Source: Methanocella sp. (lineage in GTDB: Archaea; Thermoproteota; Bathyarchaeia; Bathyarchaeales; Bathycorpusculaceae). From it: a stretch of 64,000 bases of DNA. Below, piece by piece: positions 55,882 to 64,000 of this stretch (position 1 is its first letter; each line of letters starts with the position of its first letter). The notes beneath the pieces were generated by a model, which saw nothing but the letters and a program-made list of their open reading frames with translations, had not been told where the DNA came from and did no database searches. The stretch covers positions 1 to 64,000 of the forward strand of contig JBLNCY010000057.1 of NCBI GenBank assembly GCA_050261115.1, in the 5' to 3' direction. The position numbers and the translations under genes are program-made.

Positions 55882-57228
55882 GTGAACCCCAAAACCATAC
55901 AGCAACTAATAACCCAACATTACCCCCTGATCGCAATACTGATTGCTAGCTTCCTTGTCGCCGTCTCCATGGCAACCTACACTAACTGGGACGCCCAACT
56001 AGAATACGAAGCAGCCACAAACATCACCAGTAGCGGCTACCCCATTATCTGGACAGGGCACCTGATTAACCAGCCGCCCCTTGGCTTCTACACCTCCGCT
56101 GGCTTCTTCCAGGTCTTCGGCCAATCCTACAGCAATGCGGTCTTGTTTACGACCCTCTGGGGTGTTGCCGACGTTGGGTTAGTCTATGTTCTGGGGGTTT
56201 TGCTTTATGGTAAACGGACAGGGTTGGTTGCGTCTGCGCTTTTTGGGTTAATTCCTTGGCATGTCTATATGTCTAGGATTTTTCTGATTGATAATCAGTC
56301 GATTTTTTGGAGTTTACTCTTTTTAGTCGTCGGGGTTTTGGCGGTTAGGCGCAATTCAGATAGACTTATGGGCGTTGCGGGTGGTGTGTTTGCTTTGGCG
56401 ATGTTAACCAAGCTTTACTGTGTGTTTGCCCTGCCTCCGCTGCTACTCATTCAGTGGGTAGAAAAGAAACGCGGCGTCTTTATGCCTTCAAACAGAAAGC
56501 TCCTCGCATTCGCCCTACCCATAATAGTTACACAGGTCATCTGGTATGGGCACTCCGCGTTGACTCATCAGAACTTTTTAGGCGTATACTTCAACACAGA
56601 CTTCGTATCCCCACCAATCACAGACCCCAACGTGTTTTTCCTTCCGATTGTTCTCTCCAAAACCGCAGGCTACTTCCTTTATGGCGCCGTCGCGGTTTCT
56701 GTCGCCTTCGCGTTTGTTTATCGCAGGCGGTTAGCGGATTTTCTGCGCATGGACCTTATTTGCCTTGCCGCCATTGGGGTTATTGCGTCATTGAGTTCGG
56801 TTATGGTGTTGGGTTTGCATTTGACGGTTCCTTATGTGAGCGTTTTTAAGTATACCTACATGGCGTTGCCGTTTTTCTGTTTGCTTGCCGCTTCACTTGC
56901 AGATAAAGGCGCGGCTGTTCTTGGCGGTGCAGAGTGGAAGTGGAGGGCGCATTGGAAAAAGGTTGCTTTAGTTGCGGTTGGTTTTGCACTAATAGTGGGT
57001 TCATTGGTTGAGAGTGTGGTGTTTCTAAACGGTTGGGTTACTTATGCTTCGTTTGGCATTGACTCGGTTGTGTATTACCCGCTTAACCTCTATATGGATA
57101 CTGCTTACCCGGGGCTGGTGACACAGATGCACTATGCAGCTTTAGGGTTGGTGTTGGCGACTTTTGGTTTAGTGTTCCTCTTAGATACAAGAAGGAAAAA
57201 GAGGCTGCCGCAGCTTAAGATGCCATAA
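55882..57228 (+). CDS. GT-C glycosyltransferase (GT39/ArnT-like)
   Basis: WD...EY, QPPLG, LYG.RTG..AS, LTK; many TM. Confidence 0.8.
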   Translation: MNPKTIQQLITQHYPLIAILIASFLVAVSMATYTNWDAQLEYEAATNITSSGYPIIWTGHLINQPPLGFYTSAGFFQVFGQSYSNAVLFTTLWGVADVGLVYVLGVLLYGKRTGLVASALFGLIPWHVYMSRIFLIDNQSIFWSLLFLVVGVLAVRRNSDRLMGVAGGVFALAMLTKLYCVFALPPLLLIQWVEKKRGVFMPSNRKLLAFALPIIVTQVIWYGHSALTHQNFLGVYFNTDFVSPPITDPNVFFLPIVLSKTAGYFLYGAVAVSVAFAFVYRRRLADFLRMDLICLAAIGVIASLSSVMVLGLHLTVPYVSVFKYTYMALPFFCLLAASLADKGAAVLGGAEWKWRAHWKKVALVAVGFALIVGSLVESVVFLNGWVTYASFGIDSVVYYPLNLYMDTAYPGLVTQMHYAALGLVLATFGLVFLLDTRRKKRLPQLKMP

Positions 57229-57321
57229 TTGACCTTTGTTTGATGAAAGGTTGCGTCTTTATTAGGCTTGTTTTGTATTCCTCTATCTGTTCAGGCGATA
57301 GTTTTGAGCAAGAACCAAAAA

Positions 57322-57993
57322 ATGAACCGCAGCGAATACATTAAGTCAATAGCTGCAGTTGCAGTAATCGTTGTTGTGGTTCTTGGCTTCTTTTTTGGTT
57401 TAAGCTTCGCGTTGAACGCTGAAGTTCCAATCCGCGTGGTCGAGTCGGGAAGCATGTGTGTTCCCTATGGCGGTGCATGTGATGGGTTGAGTGACATCTT
57501 TGAGCAAACCCTGCATGTTGGTGACATCATAATCATCCAAGGTATAGACGCAGAAGCAATAAATGCGGATTATCCTAACAGCGACATAATTGTTTACCTT
57601 AACCCCACTAATCCCGCCGCCACCCCCATCGTCCATCGCGTAGTCTCCAAATATCAGGAGAACGGTGTGTGGTATTTCCAAACAAAGGGCGACGGCAATG
57701 GACATCCTTGGCCCGCTCCGGTTTCGTCTGGGGAGTATGATTCTAACTCGATTTGGCATACCGGGCAAGGTGTCCCCGAAGACCTAGTTCTGGGGAAGGT
57801 GGTGTTGCGTGTCCCTCTGTTTGGGCACATTACATTGTTTCTGCGCAGCAACAGTTGGGGGCTACCGCTGATAGTTGCGATAATACTTATCCTGTTAATT
57901 GTAGAGTTCGTTATTCCGATGCTTAGAACGAAAAAGAAGAATGTAGCCGCTGGAAGCGGCGGTGCTGAAGGGGTTACGCTGTTAAGCGGTTAA
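57322..57993 (+). CDS. Signal peptidase I (SEC11/ER type)
   Basis: VVESGSM (Ser), GD, IVHRV (His), TKGD.N, VLGKV..RVP..G. Confidence 0.88.
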   Translation: MNRSEYIKSIAAVAVIVVVVLGFFFGLSFALNAEVPIRVVESGSMCVPYGGACDGLSDIFEQTLHVGDIIIIQGIDAEAINADYPNSDIIVYLNPTNPAATPIVHRVVSKYQENGVWYFQTKGDGNGHPWPAPVSSGEYDSNSIWHTGQGVPEDLVLGKVVLRVPLFGHITLFLRSNSWGLPLIVAIILILLIVEFVIPMLRTKKKNVAAGSGGAEGVTLLSG

Positions 57994-58537
57994 TGAAGTC
58001 TTGGCATTGTGCGTCAACATCGCCGTCTGAAGCTACTTTTACAACTGCATTAACTGTCAAGCTGTTGTCTTCTGAAAGGTTGGCTACTTGTTTTAACACG
58101 GCAGAGTAATCCGAGTTGTCAACGCTTATCGTGCCGTATCCAAAGACGCCGATTTTCTGGTTTCCTGTCGGTGACAGGTTGGCAAGGTAATCCTGTACTG
58201 TTTTAGCCGGCGTGTCTGCATAGATTGGGCCCCCCACAATGATTAAGTCGTATCCGGAGATGTCGGCTGCAGCGGAGCTTTTGATGCCTGCTAACACTAC
58301 GTTATAGCCCTTGTCCTGTAGGTTGTAGCCGATTTTTGTCGCCACATCCTTTGCTCCGCCCGATAAAGCGGGGCTGTATATAATGAGTGCTTGTCCGATG
58401 GGTTAGCCGTGGGGTAATGGCTGGGTGTCGGTTGCAAGGGTGCCTGCTAAGTCGAGGGCTATTGTTGCTGTGAATGCAATGAAAACCGCTAATATGATTA
58501 CGAATATGCTGAGGATTATTTTGAAGAGTTTTCTCAT
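57974..58537 (-). pseudogene. Membrane-anchored flavodoxin-like gene interrupted by in-frame TAA
   Basis: ATG 58537 MRKLFKIILSIF...QPLPHG*PIGQALIIYSP...VATKIG...YDLIIVGGPIY; stop at 58403-58405. Confidence 0.8.
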
Positions 58538-58714
58538 AGGTCTCTCTCAGTAGCTTAGTTTGCGTTTGTTAATAATAAGCACTATCTATGGAAGGCATGC
58601 TCTAAACCGAAAAAGTGGCTGGCCATCGGGCTTAGAGATTGCTTAGCTGTTGATAGTCGATGCATTTCTGGTGTGGGAAGCTAACAATACATGCGTTCTT
58701 TTACGACCGCGACT

Positions 58715-61483
58715 TTATCCGCCTAGGAAACTCGCAAGCCGCGTCATACCAATAATCTCATCAAAATTCAAACCCAACGCATCCAAGACCTGCTCAAAGG
58801 TTGCCTGCAAATACGCGATGTACTTATCAACGTCTATCTCGTTGCGTGAAGCTAACTCGACTGGTTTAACGCCCGAGTAGTCTTCAGCTGAACCTCCCCG
58901 CGACGAGGACTTGATGACTTTTACAAAGCTAATTTGGTCGCCTGCGCGGATTTCTTTGCCATTGTTCTGTAGAATTCGGGCTGCTTTAACGTGTTGTGGC
59001 GTTGTTTTAGTATAGCTTGCAAGCTCATCGCCTAAAACCATGTGAAATGCCAAATCGGTGTTGTCTGCCCATTCTCTGCGTTTGAGGGTGTTATAGCGTT
59101 CGCGGACGATGGCGGCGATTTCTTTTTTGGCTTTCTCGAAGTCTTGTGGGTTCTTTACTTGTCCAAGTTTGGCTTTCATCTGGTTGAAGGCGTCTTTTAT
59201 GAAGACGGGTATGTGCTTCTTTTTGCCTGTTAAGCCTTTAACGTCTACGGCGCCGTCTTCGAGTACGCCGAGGTAGTTCTTTTTGCGGCTGCTAAAAACG
59301 GCATAGCGGTAGGTTTTGTCTACGTCGATGCCCATGCCTAATTCGTGCTCTGTATAGTGGACCACGTCTTCGATTTGCTCTTTAGTTGGGTTTTTGAGGA
59401 ATAAGCTGTCGGTGTCGCCGTAGAGCACCTGGATGCCTACGGTGTTACAGTGGTTTAAGATTTGGGTGATGCTGTAGCGTCCGATGGCTGCGGTGGCTTC
59501 TGCGACTGGCGGGCAGTAGAGGTCAAAGCTGTCGGCTCCAAACACGCCATAGCTTGCGTTTAAAATTACTTTAAGCGCGCCTTGGGTGATGCTATACCAG
59601 CTGCGCAGTTCGGGGGGTAGCGTTTTGTCTTTGGCTTTGTTCTTGTACCATCTGACACGGAGGTCTCGAAGTGAGCCTATGAGTAGGCTTTCGAGGGCGC
59701 GGTGCTCGGTGCAGACCCAGTGCTGGGTGTCAGGAATCGGTTTTTTATTTTTGCAGCCGGGGTGGTTGCAGCAAATCGACTGGTAGCCAAGGTTCCAGAC
59801 TTTGATGATGGAGGGGTATAGGCTGGGGAAGTCCATGACGGAGACATTAAAGTGTACGCCGGGAACAGGCTCAACAACTATTGCGCCTTTGTATTTTTTG
59901 CCCTTGATGACGGCGGTGGTGCTGGTTTTGCCTTTTTTGGTTAGGATGTCTTCGGAGTTGGGGATTAGCATGCCGCGGTTGCGGTGTTCGCGTTGCATAA
60001 AGTTGCGTATCCAGCGGCTCACTCCCTGGCGGCTAACGTCCTCCATGGGCATGGAGGCGATTCTGGTGAGAACTAGCAGCAGCTTCATTGCTGCGTCATT
60101 GTCGTGGCTGGTCAGTTTGTAGGTGATCTCTGAGTCGCGCAGACAATAGGCGGATAGTTCGCTGTAATCTAATTCGCCAAACGCCTTCTCAAGATGAAGT
60201 TTCGGTGTACCAATAAGGGCGCAGCCGACGTCATCTAAGCTAACATCCTTGTACTTGCCGCCATAAGCGTAGACCTGCACGGAGCGGTTGAAAAAGAACT
60301 TGTATAGGTCGATATGTAGCCCGTAGTGGAGTGTGCAGACCCGTTTGCCGATATCAATGGGTATCTCGCTTCTTCGTAGCCCTAAGTTGTAGGCGCGGTG
60401 GGCGAGGTATCGTAGGTCAAAGTCGTCGCCGTTAAAGGTTAAGATAAAGGGGAAATCGTTTAGAATCCCGAAAACTTTGCGGATTAGTTCTTCTTCGGTT
60501 TCACAGAACTCAATCTCTAATCCGCTGATTAGGTTTGGGTCGCCGCTTTTTACGCCTTCCCGTTTTAGCACCAGGACTTTTTTGTCGCCATCGCTGCTAT
60601 AAATTGAGCAGGCGATAACTGGGCAAGCGCCTTCTCGGGCGTCTGGAACGCGATTAGCAAGGGGGGAATAGACCTCTATGTCTATGGCTGCTCGTCTAAA
60701 CTGAGGTGCAGGGTACTCGAGGAGCTTTGCCCACATTTCGGCGTAGCTGCGTTCCTCTTCACTGCATTCTTTGAAGGTGTCTCGGATTTTGGCCAGATTC
60801 TCTGACGCCGTGATATCGACGGCCTCGACGAGGTTGCCGTCTTTAACTTCATAAATCATGCCCGGCTGGAGCTTGCGGTCGAAAATGTATGACTGGTAAT
60901 ATTTGATTCTGGCTTCCCAAATCTTTGCCCCTGCATCTTGCATGCTTACCCCAAATATGCCTTTGTAATCCTCGGGGATTATGTCTCGAATTGAGCTTCC
61001 GGGGCGTCCGCCGACTGCCTGGGGGTCTTTGCAGACGATTTTGGTGACTTCTATTTCTTTGTCGTTTAAGGGGTCAAAGCGTTTGACCGTCTCAAAATGG
61101 TCAAAGCCCTCGTGATTTTTCACCCGCTCAAAAAGCTCCATCTCCTCTTTAGCGATGCTTGTTAAACAGTAGGGGAGATGCCCTGTGTTGTCATACCAGA
61201 AGTACATTTCTCCTGCTTGGGGCTCATAGAGCTTGATTACCGCCTTCCTCAGTTTGCCATCGTAGCCTGCGGATACAAAGTAGGACGGCGGCAGGTTAGG
61301 TGGTGCAACGGGGGGGTTTGCGTGTGGTTTGCGTTCACGCTTCTTTAGGGGTGCAGGTTCCGCAGTTACGGTTGGGGGCTGCGGTTGTTTTTCTTCCTCT
61401 TTGGGCTGCGCTGGTGCCGGTGGAGGTGCCTTCTGTGGTTTAGATGTTCCCCAGAAACTATCTAAACTCTGCTGTTTTGGCAT
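58715..61483 (-). CDS. polB1: Family B DNA polymerase, PolB1 group
   Basis: GHLPYC, intact exonuclease DIEV and FNGDDFD, DFPSLYPSII, KVILNASYGV, YGDTDS. Confidence 0.95.
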   Translation of the reverse strand: MPKQQSLDSFWGTSKPQKAPPPAPAQPKEEEKQPQPPTVTAEPAPLKKRERKPHANPPVAPPNLPPSYFVSAGYDGKLRKAVIKLYEPQAGEMYFWYDNTGHLPYCLTSIAKEEMELFERVKNHEGFDHFETVKRFDPLNDKEIEVTKIVCKDPQAVGGRPGSSIRDIIPEDYKGIFGVSMQDAGAKIWEARIKYYQSYIFDRKLQPGMIYEVKDGNLVEAVDITASENLAKIRDTFKECSEEERSYAEMWAKLLEYPAPQFRRAAIDIEVYSPLANRVPDAREGACPVIACSIYSSDGDKKVLVLKREGVKSGDPNLISGLEIEFCETEEELIRKVFGILNDFPFILTFNGDDFDLRYLAHRAYNLGLRRSEIPIDIGKRVCTLHYGLHIDLYKFFFNRSVQVYAYGGKYKDVSLDDVGCALIGTPKLHLEKAFGELDYSELSAYCLRDSEITYKLTSHDNDAAMKLLLVLTRIASMPMEDVSRQGVSRWIRNFMQREHRNRGMLIPNSEDILTKKGKTSTTAVIKGKKYKGAIVVEPVPGVHFNVSVMDFPSLYPSIIKVWNLGYQSICCNHPGCKNKKPIPDTQHWVCTEHRALESLLIGSLRDLRVRWYKNKAKDKTLPPELRSWYSITQGALKVILNASYGVFGADSFDLYCPPVAEATAAIGRYSITQILNHCNTVGIQVLYGDTDSLFLKNPTKEQIEDVVHYTEHELGMGIDVDKTYRYAVFSSRKKNYLGVLEDGAVDVKGLTGKKKHIPVFIKDAFNQMKAKLGQVKNPQDFEKAKKEIAAIVRERYNTLKRREWADNTDLAFHMVLGDELASYTKTTPQHVKAARILQNNGKEIRAGDQISFVKVIKSSSRGGSAEDYSGVKPVELASRNEIDVDKYIAYLQATFEQVLDALGLNFDEIIGMTRLASFLGG

Positions 61484-61586
61484 CCTCTCTCTGAACCCTT
61501 TTTATCCACTATGAGTATGAGGCACTATAAACGTTTGCTGCATAACCTGCTTAAACCGCTGAGACGAAAACAAAACAATAAAGGGG

Positions 61587-62165
61587 TTAATTTAGGAGTT
61601 CAAGAAGCCTGTTCCATGACTCTTTAGCATCTTTAGCGTTTTGGTTGCGAGGAAAAAAGCTGCAGATAACACCTAAATCCCTACAGCTATCCAAGTTCCG
61701 CTTCAAATCATCCACAAACAACACCTGACCACCCGCGATCTGCGAAATCACGTATTGGACTTGTGCTCGTTTGCTTGGGAACCGTTCGCGACCCACAACC
61801 TCCTTGATGAAGCCGGCTAAGCCATGCTCTTCAAGATAGCCTTGGATTACCCGCTTAGTTTGCATGGAGACGATATAGATAGGGATTTTTTTCTGTCTAA
61901 CTGCCTTGAGGAATCCTGCGATATAGGGTACCTGTGGGCTCCTCTTTAGCGCTTCAATCTCCATTTTCTCAATTTCTGCGCTGGCTTGTGCAAAAACTGG
62001 TGTGCCAAAGTATTGCTCATAAAACGTGAGGAGACTCTTAACCTCTTGTCCAGTGCATGTTGATGCTAACTTTAGTGCTTCTTTCCAGTTCACCTCAACG
62101 TTGACTACTATGCCGTCGAAGTCAAGCGCAACCGCCGCAACTTTTGGGTTTATGCTACTTGCCAT
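61587..62165 (-). CDS. HAD-superfamily hydrolase
   Basis: LDFDG motif I, VS motif II, K, FVDD motif IV. Confidence 0.85.
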   Translation of the reverse strand: MASSINPKVAAVALDFDGIVVNVEVNWKEALKLASTCTGQEVKSLLTFYEQYFGTPVFAQASAEIEKMEIEALKRSPQVPYIAGFLKAVRQKKIPIYIVSMQTKRVIQGYLEEHGLAGFIKEVVGRERFPSKRAQVQYVISQIAGGQVLFVDDLKRNLDSCRDLGVICSFFPRNQNAKDAKESWNRLLELLN

Positions 62166-63232
62166 GTTTTATCTTCATGCTCCAGAATTACTCCGGCGTC
62201 TAGTTGTCGTACCAGCAGATAATTGGCTGGGAATAGGTCGTAGGTGGGTAGTTTGCCGTCTGTTTCGCCTAAGAGCGCCAGTTTAAGGTATTGGTAGGCT
62301 AGGTTGAGTTCGGGTTTGTTAAATACCTTGGCAAACGCGTAGCCCCATAGTGGTGCGGTGGTGTGCCATTTGCCATCCACTTCGGTTACTACGGGGTTGC
62401 CGTCTGCGTCTTCTTTGATGTCGGTAGAGTAGAATCCATGTGGCTGCAGGTCAAGTGCTTTAACGGATTCTATTCCGATGCGGCTAATTTTCTGGTCCAC
62501 TATGGTGCGGGCGATGGTTGGCGTTCCCGTTACCCCCGAGAGCGAGATATGCTTGAGGAAGTACTCTAAGCGTTCACGACAGTAAGACGTCACCAGTTTA
62601 CCTTTATACCAAAGCGAGTCACATGCCAAGTCGCGGCCAGGCAGAAACTCTTGGATTACAAAATCGCTGACTCTACTTCTTCCCTGCGAAACGTTAAGTT
62701 CAACCCAAAGCCGCGCTTGCTGAGCGTCGGAGACTTTTAGGCCTAGTCTGCCGCCTGCGCCACGGCGCGCCCGTATCCAAAGCGGCGCCCCAATCCGGCT
62801 GAATGCTTGTTCTATATCTTGGAAGCTGCTTACTTCGATGGTTTTGGGGACGCGGACTCCTTTGGCCAGTAGGGCGTTGTGGATGAATAGTTTGTCTGGC
62901 ATGATGGCGTTGGGTTGAGGTAGGTAGGTTTTTACGTTGTTGAATTGGGTCAGGTTTTGTGAGACGACTTGGGCTTCGCTTGAGGGGTGAGGGTGGAGGA
63001 AGTCGATTTTGTGGGTTTGGATGATTTTTTGTAGGAGTGGGATGAAGGTGGGGTCGTCGTGTCGGGGTGAGTGGTATCTTGTGTCGGTGTCTGGGAACCG
63101 TAGGAGGTGGGGGTTGTGGTCGGTGCAGGCGATGTAGATGGGGATGTTTTTCTGTTGCTGTGCGAGTCTGAGGGCTCGGATGAAGCTAATGCCGCCGGAG
63201 CCGCCAGAGCCTGTTACAAGTATGTTTGTCAT
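62150..63232 (-). CDS. ATP-grasp (carboxylate-amine ligase-like) protein
   Basis: NILVTG.GG, DK, VPKT, G.GG, IQEFLPG, D.K, TEVD. Confidence 0.8.
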   Translation of the reverse strand: MTNILVTGSGGSGGISFIRALRLAQQQKNIPIYIACTDHNPHLLRFPDTDTRYHSPRHDDPTFIPLLQKIIQTHKIDFLHPHPSSEAQVVSQNLTQFNNVKTYLPQPNAIMPDKLFIHNALLAKGVRVPKTIEVSSFQDIEQAFSRIGAPLWIRARRGAGGRLGLKVSDAQQARLWVELNVSQGRSRVSDFVIQEFLPGRDLACDSLWYKGKLVTSYCRERLEYFLKHISLSGVTGTPTIARTIVDQKISRIGIESVKALDLQPHGFYSTDIKEDADGNPVVTEVDGKWHTTAPLWGYAFAKVFNKPELNLAYQYLKLALLGETDGKLPTYDLFPANYLLVRQLDAGVILEHEDKTWQVA

Positions 63233-64000
63233 TGCGTCTCACGTTTCTGTTCTTGTACTATCTGGTAAGCTTGGCTTCCAGTTAAAAACGTTATATCCAA
63301 AGCGGCGAGTTCCTCGACGAGTTTCGGGTAGACTCTGCCTCCCTTCATCATCACCGCATTGTCATGCCAAAGCAAAGTAAGCAACTCCGCGCCGCCCTCG
63401 TAGAGTTCTTTGGCGGTTTTTACGATGTAGGGCACGATGGATTCCTCGGTGTGCTTCATGTAGGTGAAGAGGTAGGCGTCCATGTAGGTGATGGGAAACA
63501 CAGTAACGCCGTCCCGCTCAAAACAACCAGTGTTTCTAGGAGTTATGGTGTGTTTGTCGTATGAGATGGATGAGTCGTATTTGATGCTTGCTGCCTTAAA
63601 GTTGGGGTAGGTGTTTTCTTGGATTTTGAGACAGTGGATTCGGCAGCCCACGATGGGTGCACCTAAGGCTTGCTCAATTAGGCTTTTCTCTTTGTCTACG
63701 TCTTGTTGGTTGGCAGTATTGTTTGCGTGTAACCCAACCTCCCAGCCATGTGCCCTAAGATCACGGAGAGTTTCTGAGTACTCCATTACGGGGCTTCCAT
63801 CATCATATATAGGGCGGAAGAAGAATGTTGAGCGAATCCCGTGTTTCCCTTCGATTTCACATATTCTTGGTACCCCAAAGTAGGGGTTAAAATTGCCCTC
63901 TTGCATTTTTTGGATGATGTCTGGGGTAAATCTGTCTTGCCTTGCCAGAACGTGCGCCTTGCCCGGACCGTTTAAGGGCCAGTCAACGTCGTGGGTTAAA
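63229..64000 (-). CDS. Polysaccharide deacetylase (NodB/CE4-like), 5'-truncated by window edge
   Basis: Frame is open to the window end with LTHDVD; STFFF, EVGLH, R.H, YDSS, LLWH. Confidence 0.85.
   Translation of the reverse strand, partial: LTHDVDWPLNGPGKAHVLARQDRFTPDIIQKMQEGNFNPYFGVPRICEIEGKHGIRSTFFFRPIYDDGSPVMEYSETLRDLRAHGWEVGLHANNTANQQDVDKEKSLIEQALGAPIVGCRIHCLKIQENTYPNFKAASIKYDSSISYDKHTITPRNTGCFERDGVTVFPITYMDAYLFTYMKHTEESIVPYIVKTAKELYEGGAELLTLLWHDNAVMMKGGRVYPKLVEELAALDITFLTGSQAYQIVQEQKRETQ

Noticed and set aside
1387-63883. Numerous 60-170 aa antisense or alternate-frame ORFs inside recognised genes
   Set aside because: Shadow ORFs of well-supported genes, with no independent motifs or SD signals

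Overview
Archaeal chromosomal window, most consistent with Bathyarchaeia (TACK): it combines PolB1 and PolB2, a eukaryote-like topoisomerase IB, ftr, form III RubisCO, archaeal PEP carboxylase and aRF1. The content is mostly housekeeping and metabolic. It includes a DapL-type lysine operon (dapA-dapB-asd-lysA-dapF-dapL), two MscS channels, a DrrAB-like ABC exporter, and dtxR-feoA/feoB with two palindromic operators. It also has the radA-like/small-protein/polB2 operon, divergent rbcL and AMP phosphorylase, a GT4 + 2x GH130 cluster, aRF1-ftr, a metallopeptidase next to topIB, ppcA, an aminotransferase-serA-DUF1015 operon, polB1 and part of a deacetylase/ATP-grasp/HAD operon. I found no tRNA, rRNA, CRISPR array or transposase. 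The main unexplained signals are: (1) a 39-58 bp non-coding element (TATATATAAGGGAGGGGGT...GCAA(C/G)AG) present four times in large intergenic gaps; (2) several genes that seem to start at non-canonical codons behind SD-like motifs; (3) an intact P-type ATPase ORF lacking its actuator domain and most catalytic motifs; (4) a GT4 fusion split across two frames, with an A_AAA_AAG site in the overlap; (5) a structured RNA candidate at about 9.7 kb; (6) an HExxH protease beside TopIB. All family calls come from motif recognition by eye; no searches were run.
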